From Eledone cirrhosa (lineage: Eukaryota): a stretch of DNA of 64,000 bases. The stretch is from NCBI GenBank assembly GCA_964016885.1, contig OZ024741.1:166346001-166410000 (forward strand), given 5' to 3'. The position numbers and the translations under genes are program-made. Below are positions 11,401 through 23,096 of the stretch, in pieces (position 1 is the stretch's first letter; each line of letters starts with the position of its first letter). Below the pieces are notes generated by a model, which searched no databases, was not told where the DNA came from, and saw only the letters and a program-made list of their open reading frames with translations.

Positions 11401-11684
11401 GAGGTTCCAATCTAATTAATTTACCACCAAATGAAAAAGAAGGACTTCATAAAGACATTAAATACTTGTTAAAAATATAGTTCTCATTGTCAAAGGGATA
11501 AAACTAAAAAGCTCAACAGAGGCCGCAAATAAATTGCTACGTCCGTCGCTCGTGTGGTGCCCCCTCTGGGGGGACAAGAGAGAGGGGGAAATACAGATAC
11601 TACTCTCCAGTCTGAACGGTGTTTCAATTGCTTCCTTTGCCCCCATTAATTCCGGCCCTAAATACCTTATACCTTAAGCGAGAC

Positions 11685-11930
11685 ACTTTATTTCACGTTG
11701 CTTATGTCCACTCAGCTGACAAAAATGAGATGTATCTGTAATTCAAAGGGCCAATCCTGTCACATACTATGTCAAGCTGAATCTCCCTGGGCATTGTGTT
11801 ATCCATACACGTGTCTGTTGAATGCTCAGCCTCTTGTGCGTTAATTTCCCAAACAGGGTGCTCCGTTCGGAACTGACAGAGGTCCGTTACACACACTTCT
11901 TTGAAAGCTGGGATAAGTTGTATCACATAT
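11685..11930 (+). mobile_element. SINE body/tail fragment
   Basis: CACTTTATTTCACGTTGCT start is shared with 62551; GTGTCTGTTGAATGCTCAGCC is similar to 26145-26165. Confidence 0.55.
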
Positions 11931-12747
11931 CGGTTATTAAATTAAACGGCTGTGTGTAATTGCCGATACACACAAACCCCTCATCTTCCGTATAATTGGA
12001 AAGACATCAGACTGCTTCAGGAATAAGCCTCTCGAGACGTGGTAGCTGTTGCAGCGTGTGTCTCTGGCCATTCTCCGCGGTGATGTTTTTGTCATTTTGT
12101 CTGCGGGACGTAGCTAAAACACCGCTCAGGCTGGAGTGTCGTCTTTGTATCTCCCCCTCTCCTTTTCTTTCATTACTTAGTTCCTTTTTTCTTTTTCTTA
12201 TGTTCATATCCCTTTTGTTGTTCCTTTAATAGTGTGTTTTGTTTTTGTATAAACAGCTTCGTAAAATAAAATTATCTAACTCTCACTACGCCCCTCTGTG
12301 AAGGGAAATGCTATTGAATTTAAGCTTAATCAGCAATTCCCCTTAATCACCAATTCCCCTTTTCCGACCATCACACATTATCTATGCTCCAAGTATCTTC
12401 ACATCCTAAACCAATATTGATTTAGACCTTAATCGCTAACAATTGAGTGGTTTTTATAATTAATTAAGAAATTTTTTTATATGGAAGCGGTTGAAGAAGA
12501 ACATCCAAAAGTGCTGGCAGATAATCATTGTGATGGAGTGAAAGAGTGACTCACCCCCCACCACCCCCTAATTTTATCCCTTCTCTTCTAGTTAACACAT
12601 TCGGTACCATATTTCTAATAAAATACATTTTCTATGACTTTCCAAGGAGATCCTATAGTGATGTTTTATAGCCCAAAACTAATTATTCCGAGACCCACAG
12701 CAGACAACTGAAGGGGCGAGGGGGGAGGTGTCCTTTGTTTGAGTTTT

Positions 12748-12798
<51 letters not shown>

Positions 12799-12977
12799 CG
12801 TATAAGGAAAACACAAACAAAAGTAGTAGTAGTAGTAGTAGTAGTAGTAATATGAGTATGGTGGAGATGGTGGTTCTTTATTATTTACAAGGCCGCATGC
12901 ATATTAACGGTGTTATGAAACAGGTATTAACATATGTCTATGGTTGTGTGAGTTTGTGTAAAGATGTTAGCGAAACT

Positions 12978-13110
12978 AGAATGTATATGGAAGGCCAGTA
13001 CTGACTTAACCAGAATATGTATGGCAGGTCAGAAGTGATATAACCAGAATATATGTGGAAGGCCAGTAGTGACTTTACCTGAGTATTTATGGAAGGCTAG
13101 TATTGACATA
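12978..13110. repeat. Short degenerate tandem repeat (~34 bp x ~4)
   Basis: Repeated AGAAT(G/A)TATATGGAAGGCCAGTA(C/G)TGACTTAACC-like units. Confidence 0.75.
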
Positions 13111-13403
13111 ATGAGAGCTTTTCCTAGAAACGTGATCATAACAGAATCAAAAGATCCAGTTTTCAACGCTGAAGAGTTTATAGATTGTTGGGTAGATTTA
13201 TAGGGAGCACGAAAAGTCTGAAAAACAACAAGGAGAAAGAGAAAATGGGAGAGAGAAGGGGAGGAGAGTGTGAGAGAAGTACGGCTATCAAGAGGAGAAA
13301 ATATATAAAATAAAGCAAGCGAAGTGTAGAAAATGATGGATTGAAAGAAAAGGAGATTTCATTATAGACCAGACGATGAGGAAAGATAAACGGATTGAGA
13401 CAG

Positions 13404-13404
<1 letters not shown>

Positions 13405-13435
<31 letters not shown>

Positions 13436-13436
13436 T

Positions 13437-13490
<54 letters not shown>
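13405..13490. repeat. (GATA)n microsatellite at the 3' end of Tx1-A
   Basis: Direct reading. Confidence 0.95.
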
Positions 13491-13491
<1 letters not shown>

Positions 13492-13793
13492 TGTTTCTTT
13501 ATTAGCCACAGGGGCACAAAAGAAGGGGACAAATACAAAGGGGGAAGTTTACATACAATAAAAACGTGTAAAATGTTATCACAAATGCAATTTAAAAATT
13601 AGTCGATTTTCCCCAATAGGGGATACACTACATATGGGTAACACATACCCCCGAAAAAAATGTGCAACCCTCATCTCCAGGAGTAGGAAGAGTTTGTACT
13701 CCCTTCCTCTCCTCCTCCTTTTCCTCAACCTACAGGCTGATATAGAGAGAAGGCCCATTCACTCGGGCCATTCTCGCCACTTTCACCCACCTT

Positions 13794-16700
13794 TCATAAA
13801 ACTTGCTGGGGTACAGCACCTCTCTCTCCATCCTGATTCTTCTTCCAAAGTGGTATTTGAAAAAAAAGAATCAGTTGTTGGCCGGAGAGAAAGGTGTCTG
13901 ACCTCAGCCCTTTCAACCTTGTCCACCATACAACCTCTTTCGCCATAGCTATCACACAAAGGAAAACCGCCTCTCCTTCGTTTTTGAAGGAGGGTGGCGG
14001 TTTGATCATGACAATGGACTCGGTGGTCAACCGGATTGGTCCCACCCGCGACAATAGTCGTTCTACATAGCCCCACAGGTCAGTGACGCCCGGGAAGTGT
14101 ATGAATGCGTGCGCGACGGTTTCTTCGTCTCGCACGCATCTCGGACAGATCTTTTTCGAAGCGTCCCTACCCGGGCGCCCGTGTCTGTAGAGATTGTCTC
14201 GAACTAGTAGAGCTGCTCTGTAGCACTGCCAGGCCAGGGACTTTTGGAAGTTGTCCATCGGTCCCGGGCGGAAGGTCCTACCGAACAGACTGGCCAGTTT
14301 ATCTTCCTCTACGCCCAGAGTTTCACCGAGCGTGTTGTCGCACTTGCTGCGGACCAACCTTCTATAGATTGTCGAAGTTGAGTCTCCACTAATCGCCGGG
14401 TCCGTTTGCCAGAGGGCTGTGAGCGCCTGAGCACATTCGATGAGCCAGTCGCCCATTTTCCTCGGTCTTTGCTTGACCCAGGACTGCAGCACGGTCAGCG
14501 AGACGAGTCGTGGGAAGGCTCGCCTCACGAACGGGACCCACACCGGTTGTCCGGTGAGGAATACGTAGAGATGCCGCAGCCTGAGCGCGTGTTTGTGCAT
14601 CGTCAACCACGGCATCCCCAGCCCTCCGTTAGAAAGGTGTTGGCAGCAGATGAATCTTCTCACCAAAGGAGCCCGCCTCTTCCAAAAGAATCGGAAGAGC
14701 GCGCGTTGCATTTTGGCGAGCATTTTGGCTGGACAAGGCACGACGGTCAAGCGGTAGTAGATGGCGAACGCTATAAAAGTGTTCGCCACCTCCGCTCGAC
14801 CTTTCAAGGATAGTTTGCACTCGGCCCACTTCTGGGTGAGTGCAAACACCTTGGCCGTCTCTTCGTTCCAGTTCTTCTCCACCTGGAGGTCCGGACCAAA
14901 CCAGACCCCGAACAGCTTTACCGGTCCTTCCGTCCAGTGTCCGACGACGCCATCGAAAGGCATCGGTTTGCCTCTCCACGATCCGAGTTGCAAACCGATG
15001 GACTTGTCCCGGTTCAGCTTCGCACCTGTGAAAATTTCGTATTCCTTTAGTAAGGTGGCGACTTCCTCGATTTGCGAGGCGCTCGACACCATTACTGTCA
15101 CGTCGTCGGCGTAGGCCGACGCCGCTTTCCGCAGTCCCGGTTCCAGAGGGATGCCCTGCAATAGCTCCAACTTCCGCAGTAGTGGCTCGAGAGTCAGTAC
15201 GTACAGAAGGGAGGAGAGAGGGCATCCCTGTCGAATGGATCACGTAATATGGAACGGCTCCGAGAGGTAGCCGTTCACCTTGACCCTTGAGCAGATGTTG
15301 CTGTTGTGCATTGCAGCAATCCAGCCCCTGAACACGGGTCCGAAGCCTGCCGCCTCGAGCACCGCATCCAGGTAACGATGGTCAACCCTATCGAAAGCCT
15401 TAGACTGATCCAAGTTGATCAGGGCCCCACTGAGGCCGGGTTTACACCCTACCCTCTCTATGATGTATCGCATGAGGTGGAGGTTGTCGTGTATGGACCT
15501 GGTCGGGATTGCGCATGTCTGCGCTTCTCCCACCAGGTTCTCGACGACAAGCGCCAGCCTCTTTGCCAACACCTTGGCCAAAATCTGTAACTCTGTGTTT
15601 AGCAGAGTTATGGGCCGGAAGTTGCCTATGTCATCCCCCTTATTCTCGTCCTTCCTGATTAGTGTGACCACGCCCCCGGTTACAGAACTGGGAATTCTCC
15701 CGTTCTGTTGCCAGTTGCAGTAGACCGCTTCCAGGAGACCGGAGAATAAGTCCGGCATTGCTACGTAAAATTCGTTGGGTAGACCGTCGAGACCTGGAGA
15801 TTTGCGTTTGCCGCATTGGCTCAGCGCGTCCCCTATCTCAGTGGCTGAAATCGGCTTTTCGCAGAACTTTGCCTCGCTGTCCGAGAGTCGCGGTAGGCCG
15901 TCGAGGTATGGGGACCGAAATCCATAGCCTCCCCCCCCCCCCGAACAGCTGAGCAAAGTGCCGCTGAAAAGCCGCACACATCTGCTTCGGCTCACGTATC
16001 ACGCGTCCGTTTTGGTCCTTCAAAGACCGAATCGTGGACTTGTTGCCACTTTTTGCCTCCGTCACTCGGGCCCAGCTAACAGCTTTGGCTCCCTCGTTTC
16101 CCAGAGCACGTATTTTGCTTCTGACAACGCAGCCCTCGTGCTTTGCGTCGAAGAACTTGTCCAAGGCCGTTCTCGTTGCTAGCACGCTGGCTACGTTGCC
16201 ACTTCTAATTGCCTCTTCTACTTTATCTACCAGTTCCTTCTCGGTTCTATTTCTATCTAACGCTAATTCTTTACTAAAAACTATCGAGTCTAATCTAACT
16301 GCCCTCTTGAGAGAGTACCACCATCTGTTGTTGACAATGGCCCCTGTCAAGTGCTGTTTAACTAAAGTGCTAATCCGTCTACTGTAGGCTTTGCTTGTCG
16401 GTAACGACAAGTTCAGCTTCCAGTAGCCGGGTCCTTGTCTATGGGTTCGATCAAGGTTGGCCATTCAGGTCACTAGTTTGTGATCTGAATAGGCAACCAT
16501 GAACATTTGTGGACAGCTTAACATGTCCCTATCCTTATTTCTAACTAGAACCCTATCTAGGTACGATCTAGATGTTCCGCTACGATTACTCCACGTCCAC
16601 AGTGGCGCAGTAGGAAAATCTAGTCGATATCTATCGGCCAGGTCAAATCGGTCGATTAACTGTTTGAGGCTGTTACACCCCCCTTTATCGGGACATGCTC

Positions 16701-17160
16701 CCACATAGTCCCAACGTGCATCTAGGATTCCATTCCAGTCCCCCACTAAAAGCAAGGAGCGGGACGTTCCCAGAAAAGTCTCTAGACGTTTGAAGAAGTC
16801 TGGCCGCGGTGTCCCGGATGGGGCATATGCGGTCACCAGCCTGAAGGCTCCACCTTCACTACCGTCAACGTCTAGGACCACCAGTCGACCCTCCGGGTCT
16901 AGATGTACCGTCTGTGTTACGAGGCCCATGTGTTTCCGCAGCAAAACGGCAACTCCGCCCCCACCCCCCGGTTGACAGAGAAATGCATAGATCTCAAAGT
17001 CATCGAAGATGGGGGCCAGCTGTTGCTCGCCGTGGATCCTGGACTCGCAAATGGCTACCACATCCATACTGTGCGACCTGAGGTCGTTTAAGAGTTTGCC
17101 CTGTTTCCAGGGCATCCCCAGGCCGCGTACGTTCACACATCCAACTCTTATATTGGCCAT
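13794..17160 (-). pseudogene. Tx1-A ORF2: APE endonuclease + RT, split into four ORF pieces
   Basis: NVRGL, GDWN, SYLDR, YSDH, GYWKLN, KSPGLDG, FRPITLLN, LDQSKAFDRV, YADD and C-terminal CPRC..ETVAH. Confidence 0.92.
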
Positions 17161-17193
17161 GTTGGTGCTGAAAAGTTAAATGAGGAAAAGAGA

Positions 17194-19272
17194 TCACTCA
17201 CCCTTCGTCTCCTGGGGACCAGGCTGCACGATTTCCATGGGGGTGTTGGAGGGGTTGTCTGGATGGGTGGTGGTTTCCGGTGGGGTGGGGACGGAGATGT
17301 TTGTTGGGATGGGGTCTGGTGGGATGGGGGTGTCTGGGGTGGGGAGACATTTGAGAAGGACGCGGTTAAGTGGTTTCACGCAGGAATTCCCCACATCCTT
17401 CTCAAATGTTTCTTTTAGGGACCTATAAGTTTGTATAGGGACCCTAATCAGTTTTAGGTTCAGTTTTTTGTTATTTTTAATAGAGTGGGCGAAAGTTTTC
17501 CCTTCGGTTTTCACCAAAGGGTCGTTCGTGATGGTCTCCATTAGTGTTTTGTTTTCAGTGTTTATGTAAGAGTAAGTGTAATTTTCTTGTGTTGTGTTTG
17601 TTTTTGTCTGTAGTTCTTGTGTGTGCTTTCGTTTTGTTGTAGGTATTTTGTTTTCAGGAGGTGGGGGTTTTGTTTGTGATGTTTTTGTTGTTTGCGTTGG
17701 TGGTTGTATGTTTGTGGTAGTGTTTGCTGGTTTTTTGCTTTTGTGATGTCTTTTCTTTCTTTTCGAGCGATGGGGTTCTCCCTCGTCTTCACTGGGTGAT
17801 GGCGAGATAGCCTCATCTGTTGTATCGTCTGTGTGATTGGGGAGGGGTATGTCTTGGGGAGCTGTTGTGTCTGTATGTGATTTTGCAGTGCTTTTAGGTG
17901 GAGTGGGTTTGGGTGGGACTGCGTTTGTTGTGGTTATTTTTGTGTGTTGGTGTTGTTGTTGTGGTGGTGTTGGTGGTTGTGTTGTTTTGATGGGTGTCGG
18001 CAGAAGAGCCTTTTTTTTATTCATTAATTTAGGACAGGAAGCCCTCAGGTGACCCCTGCTAAAGCAATGGTAACATGAAGGCCCCCTACCCTCAACCGAA
18101 AAGTTTATGTAGGTGAGTCCGTCCAGGAGTACACGTTGTGGGATCATAGCTATTCGCTCTGGGCTCATTTGCACCAGAACTTCAATGCTAGTCTCATTGA
18201 ATACATCTCTGGGGGACTTTCCTACTGACAGTATTCTGTCTTCATCAAAATTGATGAAGCCGCACACTATCCACCATATGTTCACCTTTGGTGTGACACT
18301 CGTGATTTTGATCTTTTGTGTCCTTTTTCCCATGTATGTAGGGAAAAAGGTGTACAGGTTGGATACAATTGGCGACACAGAGTAATTTTGGGCCGTCAAT
18401 TGATCCTTCATGAGTACCGAAATACTCCCAAAAAGTTTGCTTCTTTGAATGAATACAATATCATTCATTGAATTTTTGAAAACCAGTTCAATTTTTTTCT
18501 GTGACAATTGGACTGGTTTTCAGGTAGAATTGGAAACTGTCCTAAAAACTATCGTTTTGAGAGCAGTTTCCTTGCGAATTTCTACCGGAGAATTGATGCT
18601 GAAAGCACCATTTTTTTCGAAAGTGACATATCTCCTAGCGTCCTTTAAAAGTTGTTCGGCATTTGTTATGTCGAGATATATCAGTTCTTCCTTTTTTTGA
18701 ACTGTCTGTGCAAAGGAGATTTTTGGTTCCTTTGTGGAATTATCCGAGTTGGTGGTGTTGTCATTATTGTTGTTATTGTTGTTGTTATTCTTGTTGTCAC
18801 TGATGTTGATATTATTCGTATTTTCCTTGGTGTTGGTGTTGGTGTTGTTGTTGTCTTTGATGCTGGTGTTATTGGTGTTGTCTTTATTTTTTTCTTTGTT
18901 GTTGTTGTCATTGTTGTTTTTATCATCATTATTAGTGTTGTTGTTATTTTTGTTGTCATTGAATTGTTTGGTGTCATTTGTGTTGTTTGGATATGAATTT
19001 GTTTTTACATTTTCATTTCGTCTTTCCATCTCTATAGTATCTATTGAGAAGGAAAGGGAAGAAGACGATGTTGACTGCGAGCTTTGTAGTCTCACCGACT
19101 CTCCACCACCATTATCGTTGGACGCAGCGTTCATAACGTAATCAAACTTTTTACAATATTTTTTCCAAAATTCGATGGAGAAAAATTTTTCAAACGAATA
19201 TTTCGCCCCTGTAGGGCCGAAAATGAGTTGACCCACCACCTGAAGGTCCAGACGGGGGGTCAAGTTACACAA
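17194..19272 (-). pseudogene. Tx1-A ORF1 (gag-like, zinc knuckle) with one in-frame TGA near 18520
   Basis: CYHCFSRGHLRASC. 'FRTVSNST*KP' aligns with 'FRTVSNSSRKP' in copy B. The true start is probably downstream of 19272. Confidence 0.85.
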
Positions 19273-19352
19273 TAATATAAAATTTAACTAAAAACTCACG
19301 TTTTTTTCTTACATAAAATAATGGAAACTTCTCCGCGAAGTTACACACGTCT

Positions 19353-19375
19353 GATAGATAGATAGATAGATAGAT
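19353..19375. repeat. (GATA)n spacer between the two Tx1 elements
   Basis: Direct reading. Confidence 0.95.
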
Positions 19376-20097
19376 TTCTTTATTAGCCACAAGGGCGCAA
19401 CAATAAAGGGGACAATACAAAGACATGCCGGGTATTTTACATACAGTCGTGTAAAAAATATAAAAACAAACAATTTCAACAATCGAAATCCCCAATAGGG
19501 GGGAGGCGCCACAAACGGGTTGTTTAATACCCCGTCGATAGAACAACCCTCAACTCGAGGAGCGTGTTGTGCAAGTGCTCCTTTCTTCCTTTTGCTCTCT
19601 TCCTCAACCTACAGGCTTATAAACAGAGAAGGCCCAATCACTCGGGCCATTTTCGCTTCATTCACCCACCTTTCAGTAAATTTACTGGGGTGCAGTGCCT
19701 CTCTCTCCACCCTGATTCTCCTTCTAAAGTGATACTTAAAGAAGGGAATCAATTGTTGTCCGGAGAGAAAGGCATCTGTCCTCAGTCCTCTCAACCTCGT
19801 CCACCATATAACTTCTTTCACCATAGCCACCGTACAGAGGAAAACCGCCTCTCTTTCGTTTTTGAAAGAGTCTGGCGGTTTGATCCTTACTATGGACTCG
19901 GCAGTCAACTGTATTTGTCCCATACGCGACAGCAGTTGTTCTGCATAGTTCCACAGGTCGCTTACGCCCGGGCAGTGTACAATTGCGTGCAGAACTGTTT
20001 CAATGTCCTGCGCACATCTTGGACACGTCCTCTTGGAAGGATCCCTGCCAGGGCGTCCGTGCCTGTAGATCTTGTCACGAACCGGTAGAGCTCCTCG

Positions 20098-23055
20098 CTA
20101 GCACTGCCAGGCCAGGGACCTCTGGAAGTTGTCCATAGGTCCCGGGCGGAAAGTCCTACCAAACATACTGGTGATCTCATCGTCTTCGACGCCCAGAGTC
20201 TCTCCGAGCACGTCGTCGCCCTTGTAACGTACAATCCCTCTATAGAATGTCGAAGTGGAGTCTCCACTGATTGCTGCGCCCGCTTGCCAGAGGACTGTGA
20301 GCGCCTGAGCGCATTCAATGTGCCAGGCGCCCATCGTTTTCGGTCTTTTCTTCACCCAGGACTGCAGCTCCGTTAGCGAGACGAGCTGTGGGAAAGCCTG
20401 TCTCACAAACGGTGCCCACACCGGTTGGGGGTCGGTGAGGAATACCTGGAGATGCCGCAGCCTCAGCGCATGTTTGCGCATCATCAGCCACGGCATTCCC
20501 AGCCCTCCGTTGGAAGGGTGCTGACAGCAGACGGATCTCCTCACCAGCGGAGCCTGCTTCTTCCACAGAAACTGGAAGAGCATGCGTTCCATCTTGGCGA
20601 GGTGTTCACGGGGACAAGGCACGACAGTCAAGCGGTAGTAGATGACGGACGCTATGAAAGTGTTCGCCACCTCCGCTCGACCTTTCAAGGACAGTTTGCA
20701 CTCTGCCCACTTCTGAGTGAGTGCAAACACCTTGGCCGTGACCTCGTTCCAGTTTTTCTCCACCTGGAGGTCTGGACCGAACCAGACCCCGAGCAATTTC
20801 ACCGGTCCGTCCGTCCAGCGTCCAACGACGCTGTCGGATGTCATCGGTTTGCCTCTCCACGTACCGAGTTGCAAACCGACAGACTTGTCTGGGTTTAGTT
20901 TTGCTCCCGTCAGCGTTTCGTATTCTTTCAGTATGTTGCCGATCACCCCGATTTCCGAGGTGCTCGACACCATTACTGTCACGTCGTCGGCATAAGCCGA
21001 CGCCGCTTTGCGCAGTCCCGGTTCTAGGGGGATGCCCTGCAACAGCTCCAATTTCCGCAGTAGTGGCTCTAGAGTCAATACATACAGAATGGAGGAGAGA
21101 GGGCATCCCTGTCGAATGGAACGCGTGATTGCGAACGGCTCCGATAGGTAGCCGTTCACCTTGACCCTCGAGCAGATGCTGGTGTGCATCGCCTCGATCC
21201 ATCCTCTGAACACGGGACCGAAACCGGCCGCCTTGAGAACCGCTTCCAAGTATCGATGGTCGACCCTATCGAATGCCTTAGACTGATCCAAGTTGATCAG
21301 AGCCCCACCGAAGCCGGGTTTACTACCCACCCTCTCTATGATGTATCGCATGAGGTGGAGGTTGTCGTGTATGGACCTGGTCGGGATTGCACACGTTTGC
21401 GCTTTCCCTACCAGGTTCTCGACGACAAGCGCCAACCTCGTCGCTAGCACCTTGGCCAAAATCTTTAACTCTGTGTTGAGCAGAGTTATGGGCCTGAAGT
21501 TGTTAATTTTGTCCCCCTTGTTCTCGTCTTTCCTGATCAGCGTTACTACGCCCTTGCCTGCAGAACTGGGAATTCTCCCGTTCTGCTGCCAATTGCAGTA
21601 GACGGCTTCGAGGACGCCAGAGAACAAGTCCGGCATGCCTATGTAAAATTCGTAGGGTAGACCATCTAGACCGGGTGACTTGCATTTCCCGCAGCGGCCC
21701 AGAGCGTCCCGTATCTCAGTGTCCGTGATCGGTCTTTCGCAGAACTCGGCGTCCGTGTTCGAGAGACGCGGCAGGCCGTCGAGGTATGAACTAAAGTCCA
21801 TTGCCCCGTTCGGCTCACCGTCGTTCTGCTCAAACAGTCGCGCAAAGTGCCGCTGAAAGGCCGCGCACATTTGCTTGGGGTCAAGTAGCACGCGTCCGTT
21901 TTGGTCTTTCAAAGACCGAATCGTGGACTTGTTGCCACTTTTTGCCTCCGCCACTCGGGCCCAGCTGACAGCTTTCGCTCCTTCGTTTCCCAGAGCACGT
22001 GTTTTGCTTCTGACCACGCAGCCTTCGTGTTTCGCATCGAAGAACTGGTCCAGTGCCGTTCTCGACGCTAACACTCTAGCCGCGTTGCCACTTCTAAGTG
22101 CCTCCTCTACCTTGGCTACTAGTTCTCTTTCTATTCTGTTTTTCTCTAAGGCTAACTCTCTGCTATACCCTATCGATTCTATTCTAATTGCTTTCTTGAG
22201 AGAGTACCACCATCTATTGTTGACGATGGCTCCCGTTAACTGTTGCTTGACTAGTTTACTTATCCGTTCACTGCAAGCTTTACGTGTCGGCAACGACACG
22301 TTCAGCTTCCAGTATCCGGGACCCTGTCTATGTATTCTATCACGGTTGACTAAGCAGACGACTAACTTGTGATCTGAATAGGCAACCATGTGCATTCGTG
22401 GACAGCTTAACATATCCTTGTCCCTTTCTCTAATGAAGAACCTATCTAAATACGATCTAGATGTCCCACTGCGGTTTACCCACGTCCACTGTGGTGCAGT
22501 CGGGAAATCCAGTCGATACCTATCGGCCAGTTGGAATTGGCCGATTAAAGTTTTGAGGCTGTTGCACCCCGCTCTACTGGGACATGCTCCCACATAGTCC
22601 CATCGTGCATCTAGGATACCATTCCAGTCCCCCACTAAAAGTAAGGAGCGAGACGTTCCCAGAAAAGACTCTAGACGCTTAAAGAAGTCTGGCCGTGATT
22701 GCGATTGCCCGGTCGGGGCATAAACGGACACCAGTCTGAAGGCTCCACCTCCGATACTGTTCACGTCTAGGACTACCAGTCTACCCTCCGGGTCCAAGTG
22801 TACTTGCTGTACTCCGACGTCCAGGTTCTTCCGAAACATAACAGCCACTCCACCTCCACCTCCTGGCTGACAGAGAGATGCGTAGATCTCAAAGTCGTCG
22901 AAGATGGGGGTTAGTTGCTGCCTGTTGTGGATTCTGGACTCGGTGATGGCTATCACATCCATACTGTCTGACCTAAGGTCGTTTAAAAGTTGGCCCTGTT
23001 TCCAGGGCATCCCTAGGCCACGCACATTCACTCTTCCAACTCGTAAACTAGCCAT
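20098..23055 (-). CDS. Tx1-B ORF2, APE + RT (985 aa; premature TAG, C-terminus continues at 19609-19923)
   Basis: Intact APE and RT motifs including SIRQGCPLS and YADD; closely parallels the copy A protein. Confidence 0.93.
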   Translation of the reverse strand: MASLRVGRVNVRGLGMPWKQGQLLNDLRSDSMDVIAITESRIHNRQQLTPIFDDFEIYASLCQPGGGGGVAVMFRKNLDVGVQQVHLDPEGRLVVLDVNSIGGGAFRLVSVYAPTGQSQSRPDFFKRLESFLGTSRSLLLVGDWNGILDARWDYVGACPSRAGCNSLKTLIGQFQLADRYRLDFPTAPQWTWVNRSGTSRSYLDRFFIRERDKDMLSCPRMHMVAYSDHKLVVCLVNRDRIHRQGPGYWKLNVSLPTRKACSERISKLVKQQLTGAIVNNRWWYSLKKAIRIESIGYSRELALEKNRIERELVAKVEEALRSGNAARVLASRTALDQFFDAKHEGCVVRSKTRALGNEGAKAVSWARVAEAKSGNKSTIRSLKDQNGRVLLDPKQMCAAFQRHFARLFEQNDGEPNGAMDFSSYLDGLPRLSNTDAEFCERPITDTEIRDALGRCGKCKSPGLDGLPYEFYIGMPDLFSGVLEAVYCNWQQNGRIPSSAGKGVVTLIRKDENKGDKINNFRPITLLNTELKILAKVLATRLALVVENLVGKAQTCAIPTRSIHDNLHLMRYIIERVGSKPGFGGALINLDQSKAFDRVDHRYLEAVLKAAGFGPVFRGWIEAMHTSICSRVKVNGYLSEPFAITRSIRQGCPLSSILYVLTLEPLLRKLELLQGIPLEPGLRKAASAYADDVTVMVSSTSEIGVIGNILKEYETLTGAKLNPDKSVGLQLGTWRGKPMTSDSVVGRWTDGPVKLLGVWFGPDLQVEKNWNEVTAKVFALTQKWAECKLSLKGRAEVANTFIASVIYYRLTVVPCPREHLAKMERMLFQFLWKKQAPLVRRSVCCQHPSNGGLGMPWLMMRKHALRLRHLQVFLTDPQPVWAPFVRQAFPQLVSLTELQSWVKKRPKTMGAWHIECAQALTVLWQAGAAISGDSTSTFYRGIVRYKGDDVLGETLGVEDDEITSMFGRTFRPGPMDNFQRSLAWQC

Positions 23056-23096
23056 GTTGGTGAAGAAAAGTTGGAGAAAAAGGACGAAAGGTGCAC

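Larger units (their letters stand above)
13491..19352 (-). mobile_element. Full-length L1/Tx1-clade LINE, copy A (disrupted)
   Basis: ORF1 with CCHC knuckle, ORF2 with APE-RT-zinc finger, 3' end AATAAAGAAAC followed by (TATC)n, and (GATA)n also at the 5' end. Confidence 0.93.

Noticed and set aside
11575-12165. Inverted ~55-bp match (11575-11632 vs 12117-12165) as element TIRs
   Set aside because: Diverged, no TSD, and an unrelated SINE lies between; more likely two fragments of one repeat family.
18518-18524. Programmed readthrough or selenocysteine TGA in Tx1-A ORF1
   Set aside because: Aligns with Arg in copy B; most simply a point mutation in a copy with several other lesions.
14105-22597. 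Plus-strand ORFs overlapping the Tx1 ORF2s
   Set aside because: Antisense shadows of GC-rich coding sequence, short and without motifs.
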